Origin: an uncultured Chloroflexia bacterium
GTDB lineage: Bacteria; Chloroflexota; Ktedonobacteria; Ktedonobacterales; JADMIN01
Direction: 5' to 3'
DNA: 32,000 nt
NCBI GenBank assembly: GCA_963718915.1
Contig: CAVRAI010000004.1
Coordinates: 120,001-152,000 of the forward strand
The notes under the pieces were generated by a model. The model was not told where the DNA came from. It made no database searches and was given only the letters and a program-made list of their open reading frames with translations. This document shows, one piece after another, positions 26,321 through 32,000 of this stretch (position 1 is its first letter; each line of letters starts with the position of its first letter). A program made the translations under genes and the position numbers.

Positions 26321-26760
26321 GCCGGAGCATTCATGTCCCAGCGAATTTCCCGCCCCCGTGACGCATGCCCATTCGCCGTAGCGTGATGCAGTTTTACGAT
26401 GTACGACGGACAGCCACGGCGGCGGGCGGTTAAAACCGCGCCTGAAGGGCCTGCGGCCACGAAGTCCGCCGACGCGGACTGCCCAGATCGTGTCCCAACG
26501 CGCTCCCCGCTGGCGAGCGGATCGCCGCAACCCGCGCAGGCGGGTTTCGTGGCGGAGCGCAGCGAGGCCCTTCAAGGCGCGGTTTGAACCGCCCGCGCAC
26601 CCCGCGCCTGTCCATCGCAATTTCTAAAACTGCATAAATGCCCCGGCGAATTTCCCGCCTCCCACGCCCATTCGCCGTAGCGTTCACGCTCCGGCTTGCT
26701 CACCCTGCTCACCCCACCACAATGCCCGTGTCCGTCGCACATGCTAAAACCACATAAATA
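26321..26760. repeat. composite nest of palindromic repeats (family A copy, inverted pair of family D copies, second family A copy with shared 3' flank)
   Basis: 26321-26388 and 26630-26700 align with 11420-11513 and 11571-11645. 26700-26760 aligns with 11636-11700 (..GCTCACCCCACC(G/A)CAATGCCCGT..CGCACATGC..AAAAC..). The central inverted repeat is at 26422-26596. Confidence 0.8.
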
Positions 26761-26850
26761 TGGCCGAGAGATTCTCCTCTTCCCATCGTGGCGCCAATGC
26801 GCTACACTGTGCCTGCAAGCCATCACGCCGATACGCTGGAGGGATCGCTC

Positions 26851-28162
26851 ATGAGCGCGTTTCACCCAACCTTTGTCAGCCATGCCCACGCCGATAACGA
26901 CCTCTGCGACCGCTATGTCGCCGCGCTCCGCGCTCGTGGCATCGATGTCTGGTATGACCGTAATAACGCGCAGGCGGGCCACTTCCTCGGACGCGAGATC
27001 GAGCAGCAACTAGAGCAACGCAGCGCCTTCGTGTTGTTGCTGACACAACATGCGCTCGACTCGTACTGGGTGCAGCAGGAGCTTGAGGCATATCGCGGGC
27101 TGGTCGCGCAGGAGCGCACGCGGCTGATCTTGCCGGTGCGCATTGGCCCCTGCGCGGTACCGACGTTGCTCAATGCGCTGCTGTGGATCGATGCGCAGGC
27201 GATGCCCTTCGACCAGGCGATAGACGCGATTGCCGCCGCGCTGAAGGTTCAGGGAGGCTCCGCCGATCAATCGCATGCCGCGCCTCCCCCGCCGCGCGAC
27301 GCCTTGCCGCCGCTCGGCCCGGCGCCCGCCCCCGCCAACAGCACGCCCGCCCACCACCTGACGCCAATGCCGCTCTACAACCTCGGATTTCGTGGCTATA
27401 CCATCGGTGGTGTTGAGTGCATCCTACCGCCGCTCTGCCCAGTGCCAGCGGGTGTCTTCACCATGGGCAGCGACAAAAGCCGCGACAGAGAGGCGCAAGA
27501 TAGAGAGACGCCGCAGTATCCCGTCCAGGTGGATGCTTTCGCTATCGGCCAGCACCCCGTGACCGTCGCCGAGTATTCCTGCGCGGTACGGTCGAAGGCT
27601 GCTGCGCGAGCCATCACAATATGAGTCAGGCGGCAAAAAATATGGGCCGGACTGGGCGACACAGCAGACGCATCCTGACCATCCTGTCGTCTGTGTCTCA
27701 TGGAACGATGCGTTGGCCTATGTGCGCTGGCTGGCGAAGACGACGGGCCAACTCTGGCGACTGCCGAGCGAGGCGGAGTGGGAGAAGGCGGCGCGCGGGA
27801 CGGATGGCCGTATCTATCCCTGGGGCGACACCTTCGATAAAGCGCGATGCAATACCCGTGAGAGCGGCATCGGGACGACCACGCCCGTCGGTCGCTATCC
27901 CAATGGCGCGAGTCCCTATCATGTCCTGGACATGACGGGCAACGTCTTGGAGTGGACGAGCAGCCTCTTCCAGCCGTATCCCTACCGCAAAAACGACGGA
28001 CGAGAGAATCAAAATTCCACTGATAATCGAGTGCTGCGTGGCGGTTCGTGGGACCTCAACCAGCGGGACGCGCGCGCGGCCTTTCGCGGCAACCTCAGGC
28101 CGGTCATCCTCGGCTACGACATTGGTTTCCGTCTCGTTGTCGCCCCGGCTGGTTCGCAGTAG
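26851..28162 (+). pseudogene. TIR domain - Pro-rich linker - FGE/SUMF1-type domain fusion protein, split by a single +1 frameshift near 27598-27610 (may be intact if the shift is a sequence error)
   Basis: The ATG at 26851 is preceded by GGAGGG. The TIR blocks are FVSHAHADND, IDVWYD, AFVLLLT and SYWVQQELEAY. The FGE blocks are PAGVFTMGSD and HPVTVAEY (frame 1, stop 27622-27624), then EPSQYESGGKKYGPDW..HPDHPVVCVSWNDALAYVRWLA, RLPSEAEWEKAARG, YPWGD, NVLEWT, RVLRGGSW and GFRLV (frame 2, open from 27563). Confidence 0.75.
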
Positions 28163-28771
28163 TAATTAACTCTGGTTCTTGCTTTCTCAATCTGCAATAG
28201 TAGTTTGAATATATATTCAGCGTGGCCGCGTACGTGTGGGTCTCTGGCTCTGTCCGCGCGAAGCGCGGAAATCTGGCGGCCATTAGGGCGATAAGCCGTG
28301 TCTGGGCGGTGATGACTCAGGATGACCCTATGTCACCATCTCAACTGCTCGTGCTACGCTACTACCGGGCGTTGTTGCGGCGGTATGGCCTTCCTTTGTG
28401 TTACACCTGCTATGGCCTGCGCCGCTTCACCTACAGGGCGAGCAGACCCGCATAAGAGGCGCCCTTCCAGCGCAACGTCTCGAAACTATCCCGACAGGCG
28501 TCTGGCACAGGCATGGCGTGGCCCAGCATGCGGCCACGGTTCCAATCTCGATCAGGCGACCTGGCCCAACCAACCGAGAGGCAAAGGAGAAGAACTGGGC
28601 AGACGGCTATCGGTGAGCATGCATTTTCTATGCGAGAGTCGGTTGCCATGGAGCATCGATTGCGTGGATGGTCGCATGGTATAGCCAATCTACGCATCAT
28701 CCTGTATACTGGCGTGGTGAAGCGACCAGACTGGATGCGTATTTCTTGCGTATTTCTATGGAGGACACAGG

Positions 28772-30034
28772 ATGCACTGCCCTTCGTGTGGCTATCCCAT
28801 TGAACAGCAGAATGTGGAGCGCTGCCCTCGCTGCGGGTATGCGCTAACCCCCTCAGCGGCATCGGGCGGCCAGGGCGACTTGCTGCCACCGGGCTATCGC
28901 GGCTATCCGCTCACAGGCGGTGATCCAGACTCAACCGGCGGCTACGTTCCACCTCAGCCGCCTGAAAATCCCTATGGCAACTATGGCGGTTACGGCAACG
29001 CCGCGCCCCCTCCAGGCTATGGACCTCCTCAGCAAGATCCCAACGCACCTTATGGGCCGTACGGTCAATATGGGCAAGGTCAATATGGCCAGCCTGCTCC
29101 ACCCAGTGGTTACGGTCAGCCCGCTCCGCCATCTGGCTATGGGCAGCCCGCGTATGGGCAGCCAGCCCCGCCGAGCGGATATGGCCAGCAGCCCTACGGC
29201 CAGCCTGCTCCGCCCAGTGGTTACTACGGCCAGCCCGCGCCTCCGAGCGGTTATGGTCAGCAACCGTATGGTCAGCCTGCCCCGCCGAGCTACCCACTGG
29301 CGCCGGGCTATCCACAGCCAAGACCGCCGTTCGCGCCGCTCCCTGAGCGGAAGAGTCACACAGGCCTGATCGTAACGATCGTCTCGGTCGTCGTGGTCGT
29401 GCTGGCGGCATGTGTTGGCGGCACGATATGGGCCGCGCATACGCTGGGGCAGACGACAATCACAGGCGCGCCAACGAGTACCGTGAGCCAGACACCCGCC
29501 TCATCTCCGACCGCGACCGTGATCTATGGCGCTACCTTCGCCTCCGACGCCACCGACTGGTCACAAGATGCGGGTCACTGTTTCCTGGGGAGTGGCGGCT
29601 ATCATGCGGCGCAGGGTTATACCTGTTTCGCGCCTGTGGGCCAACAGTCCGATGTCGATATTTCGGTTAAGGCACAGCAGATCAGCGGCCCAACGACCTG
29701 GGGCTACGGCATCGTGCTCAGGCATCAAGGCCCTGGGAATACCTATGCCTTCATGATTGATAGCAACGGTAAGTGGGTCTTCGCGAAATGCGTGGACAGC
29801 AATTGCACCAATCTCGTGGACTTCACCGCCAATGGCGCTATCAAGGGCGGCCTCAATACCGTGAACACACTCGAGGTGCGGGCGGTAACTTCACATTTCG
29901 ACTTCTCCGTGAACGGTACAAAGGTCGGCAGCTTCGACGACAGCACATTCGGATCTGGAGAGCTGGGGTTAGTCGCGAGCGGTGAAGCTATCGAGTGCGT
30001 CTTTACTGATTTCATGGTCTCCCGCCCAAGCTGA
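28772..30034 (+). CDS. membrane protein: N-terminal double-CxxC zinc ribbon, (YGQPAPPSG)n low-complexity region, one TM helix, C-terminal jelly-roll/ConA-like (DUF1080-like) ectodomain; paralogue 1 of 3
   Basis: [22 protein letters not shown] is the zinc ribbon, and the TM helix is [24 protein letters not shown]. The C-terminal [46 protein letters not shown] pattern is typical of lectin-like beta-sandwich domains. A GGAGGA Shine-Dalgarno lies upstream. Confidence 0.7.
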   Translation: MHCPSCGYPIEQQNVERCPRCGYALTPSAASGGQGDLLPPGYRGYPLTGGDPDSTGGYVPPQPPENPYGNYGGYGNAAPPPGYGPPQQDPNAPYGPYGQYGQGQYGQPAPPSGYGQPAPPSGYGQPAYGQPAPPSGYGQQPYGQPAPPSGYYGQPAPPSGYGQQPYGQPAPPSYPLAPGYPQPRPPFAPLPERKSHTGLIVTIVSVVVVVLAACVGGTIWAAHTLGQTTITGAPTSTVSQTPASSPTATVIYGATFASDATDWSQDAGHCFLGSGGYHAAQGYTCFAPVGQQSDVDISVKAQQISGPTTWGYGIVLRHQGPGNTYAFMIDSNGKWVFAKCVDSNCTNLVDFTANGAIKGGLNTVNTLEVRAVTSHFDFSVNGTKVGSFDDSTFGSGELGLVASGEAIECVFTDFMVSRPS

Positions 30035-30199
30035 ATCCTGCGTCCCATGTCAGCGAGTGGGCGCCATCCTGGCCCATGCCGTTTGTGTCCGATGTGCGCC
30101 TGATGTGCGCCTCTGGCAGACTGCGATCACTTTCATAGTGGGGCAGTCTGCCCAGGGTGGGGGATGGTTAGATAAAAATTCGAGAGTGGAGGAGAATGG

Positions 30200-31303
30200 A
30201 TGCGGTGCCCCTCGTGCGGCTTCCCAGTTGATCAGCAGAACGCTGACCATTGCCCCCAGTGCGGGCGTCTGCTCACAACGCCAGCAGAACAGCGAATAGC
30301 AGGAAGCGCCTCATTCGCTGACCCCAGTAACCCACCATCGAGCGTCGAACCGGTCGCGCCAAGCGACCAGGCTCCGCCTCAAAACCCCTATACTCCCTAT
30401 ACTCCCTATACGCCGCCGGGCCAACCTGGCGCGTATCCGCCCGCGCCTGGCAGTTATGCCCAGCCGTATGGCCAATCCGCGTCGCCGAATCATCCGTTGC
30501 CGCCGAGCTATCCGTCGCCGAGTGGGTACTTTCAAGCGGCCTACCCGCCGCTGGGATACGTCCAGCCACCCTATGCGGCACAGCCACCCGCGCCTCCCAC
30601 TCAGCGGAAGAGCCGCGTCGGCCTGGTCGTCGGCATCGTCGCGGCAGTGGTAGTGGTACTGGCAGTCTGTACATGCGGTACCATCTTCGCCGTGCGGTCG
30701 CTGAGCCATTCGGCGGTCATTCGGGGATTTCCTACGATCACAGCGTACACGCCAACCCCAGCGCCGACCCCTACCACCATTCCGGTGCGAACAGTGATCT
30801 ATCAAAATACCTTTGCGTCTGGCGCTGATGGCTGGTCAACCGATACGAGTTCTTGCTTCTGGGAGTCCGATGGCTATCACCTCGTCAACAACAATGAGTG
30901 TTACGCGCCGGCGGGCGTGCAAAAATCCGTCGATATCTCCGTCCGCGCGCAGCAGCTCCGTGGCGATACCAACGAGCCATATGGAATCGTCTTTGCCCTT
31001 GATGACCGGAACTACGACTATGAGTTCATGATCGACAGCGACAGCGAATGGGTGTTGTTCCGGTGTGGCGGCGACTCATGCGCCAAGGCAGTCGACTACA
31101 CATCCAGCGCCGCGATTTTGGGCGGCTTGCATACCTCGAACCGGCTGGAGGCGCTGGTACAGGGAACTCATTTCGAGTTCTACGTCAACGGCACACAGGT
31201 CGGGAGCTATGACGACCCGAACTATACCTCCGGCCGGGTCGGAGTTTCTGTTGGCGACAAAATCGAATGCGCCTTCACCGATTTTGTCGTAAGCCGTCCC
31301 TGA
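30200..31303 (+). CDS. zinc ribbon / Pro-Tyr-rich / TM / jelly-roll ectodomain membrane protein; paralogue 2 of 3
   Basis: MRCPSCGFPVDQQNADHCPQCG is the zinc ribbon, and the TM helix is GLVVGIVAAVVVVLAVCTCGTIFA. The C-terminus is colinear with paralogue 1 (YGIVFAL..YEFMIDSDSEWVL..FYVNGTQVGSYDD..AFTDFVV). A GGAGGAG Shine-Dalgarno lies upstream. Confidence 0.7.
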   Translation: MRCPSCGFPVDQQNADHCPQCGRLLTTPAEQRIAGSASFADPSNPPSSVEPVAPSDQAPPQNPYTPYTPYTPPGQPGAYPPAPGSYAQPYGQSASPNHPLPPSYPSPSGYFQAAYPPLGYVQPPYAAQPPAPPTQRKSRVGLVVGIVAAVVVVLAVCTCGTIFAVRSLSHSAVIRGFPTITAYTPTPAPTPTTIPVRTVIYQNTFASGADGWSTDTSSCFWESDGYHLVNNNECYAPAGVQKSVDISVRAQQLRGDTNEPYGIVFALDDRNYDYEFMIDSDSEWVLFRCGGDSCAKAVDYTSSAAILGGLHTSNRLEALVQGTHFEFYVNGTQVGSYDDPNYTSGRVGVSVGDKIECAFTDFVVSRP

Positions 31304-31391
31304 TTGACTTCCAATCGTTGCCAGCATGCAGCGGCGCATGGAATTGCGCCATCAATGGCGAATGGATATGCGTTTCGATGAGGAGGAATGG

Positions 31392-32000
31392 ATGCGGTGC
31401 CCCTCGTGCGGCTTCCCAGTTGATCAGCAGAACGCTGACCATTGCCCCCAGTGCGGGCGTCTGCTCACAGTGCCAGCAGAACAGCGAATAGCAGGAAGCG
31501 CCTCATTCGCTGACCCCAGTAACCCACCATCGAGCGTCGAACCGGTCGCACCAGGCGACCAGGCTCCGCCTCAAAACCCGTATACTCCCTATACCCCGCC
31601 GGGCCAACCTGGCGCATATCCGCCAATGCCCAGTGGGCCTGTCGCGCCGATCTATCCACCAGCGGGATATTCGCAACCGTTTTACGCGCCAGCGCCACCC
31701 ATGACGCCAGCGCCGCGTAAGAACCGCACCGGACTCATCGTTGGCATTGTCGCCGTGGCTGCCGTGGTGGTGCTGGTCGTGTGCGCTGCTGGCGCGCTGG
31801 TCGCGATTCGCTCGCTACACCGGCCGGGCGCGACAACGACTGGGCTTGCGGCTTCTCCCACCATAGCCGCCACGAAGGTCTACAGCAACACGTTCGCCTC
31901 GAGTGCCGATGATTGGACGGAGATTCCGCAGCACTGTTATCTGGCGAATGATGGCTTCCATGCGGCGGGTGGCTACTATTGCACCGTGCCGGTTGCGGAA
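31392..32000 (+). CDS. zinc ribbon / Pro-Tyr-rich / TM / ectodomain membrane protein; paralogue 3 of 3, 3' end beyond the window
   Basis: It is not in the ORF track because it is open at the window edge. The ATG at 31392 is preceded by GAGGAGG. The translation is MRCPSCGFPVDQQNADHCPQCGRLLTVPAEQ..., the TM helix is GLIVGIVAVAAVVVLVVCAAGALVA, then KVYSNTFASSADDWTE.. Confidence 0.65.
   Translation, partial: MRCPSCGFPVDQQNADHCPQCGRLLTVPAEQRIAGSASFADPSNPPSSVEPVAPGDQAPPQNPYTPYTPPGQPGAYPPMPSGPVAPIYPPAGYSQPFYAPAPPMTPAPRKNRTGLIVGIVAVAAVVVLVVCAAGALVAIRSLHRPGATTTGLAASPTIAATKVYSNTFASSADDWTEIPQHCYLANDGFHAAGGYYCTVPVAE

Noticed and set aside
26422-26596. Retron-like msr/msd or other RT-associated structured RNA
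   Set aside because: No reverse transcriptase or other partner gene is present in the window. The arms are copies of a dispersed repeat family.
28222-28889. ORFs of 72-152 aa in the gap before the zinc-ribbon array
   Set aside because: They overlap one another in several frames, lack Shine-Dalgarno sequences and have an Arg/Cys-rich composition. There is no support from motif or codon pattern.
1-32000. tRNA or rRNA genes, transposase or integrase genes, and prophage genes
   Set aside because: I scanned by eye for tRNA T-arm-like GGTTCGAATCC-type motifs and for recognisable transposase, integrase or phage protein motifs in the ORF track. None was found. A tRNAscan or HMM run would be needed for certainty.

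Overview
GC-rich bacterial chromosomal window with about 30 genes. There are no rRNA or tRNA genes, CRISPR arrays, transposases or phage genes. The gene content and repeat style suggest a filamentous Chloroflexota (Ktedonobacteria-like) genome, but this is inference only.

Left end (minus strand): an oxidative pentose-phosphate operon with a fused transaldolase/glucose-6-phosphate isomerase, gnd, and the start of zwf.

Housekeeping and accessory genes follow: a PlsC-type acyltransferase, a frameshifted secreted lipoprotein, an acyl-CoA ligase, two methyltransferases, a frameshifted glycerate kinase, a glutaredoxin-like protein, several small uncharacterised genes, a TPR protein, a translin-family protein, a UbiA prenyltransferase, LarE, a CapA metallophosphatase, a MerR regulator divergent from a membrane protein, and a tandem-USP protein.

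Most interesting content:
1. Two diverged loci encode TIR domains fused to an FGE/SUMF1-type domain. One is split by a single frameshift (26851-28162). The other needs at least 8 frame changes (11829-13268). Both lie behind clusters of the same nested-palindrome repeat family.
2. A same-strand tandem array of three paralogous membrane proteins (zinc ribbon, Pro/Tyr/Gly-rich linker, TM helix, jelly-roll-like ectodomain). Copies 2 and 3 share an almost identical 5' module, after which they diverge abruptly.
3. At least four families of short palindromic, MITE/REP-like intergenic repeats, including a ~170 bp composite inverted repeat.
4. An excess of frame-disrupted genes. Nearly all disruptions are single inserted bases, which may be an assembly artefact and must be checked before any pseudogene call is trusted.

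All functional calls come from motif recognition by eye. No database search was run.
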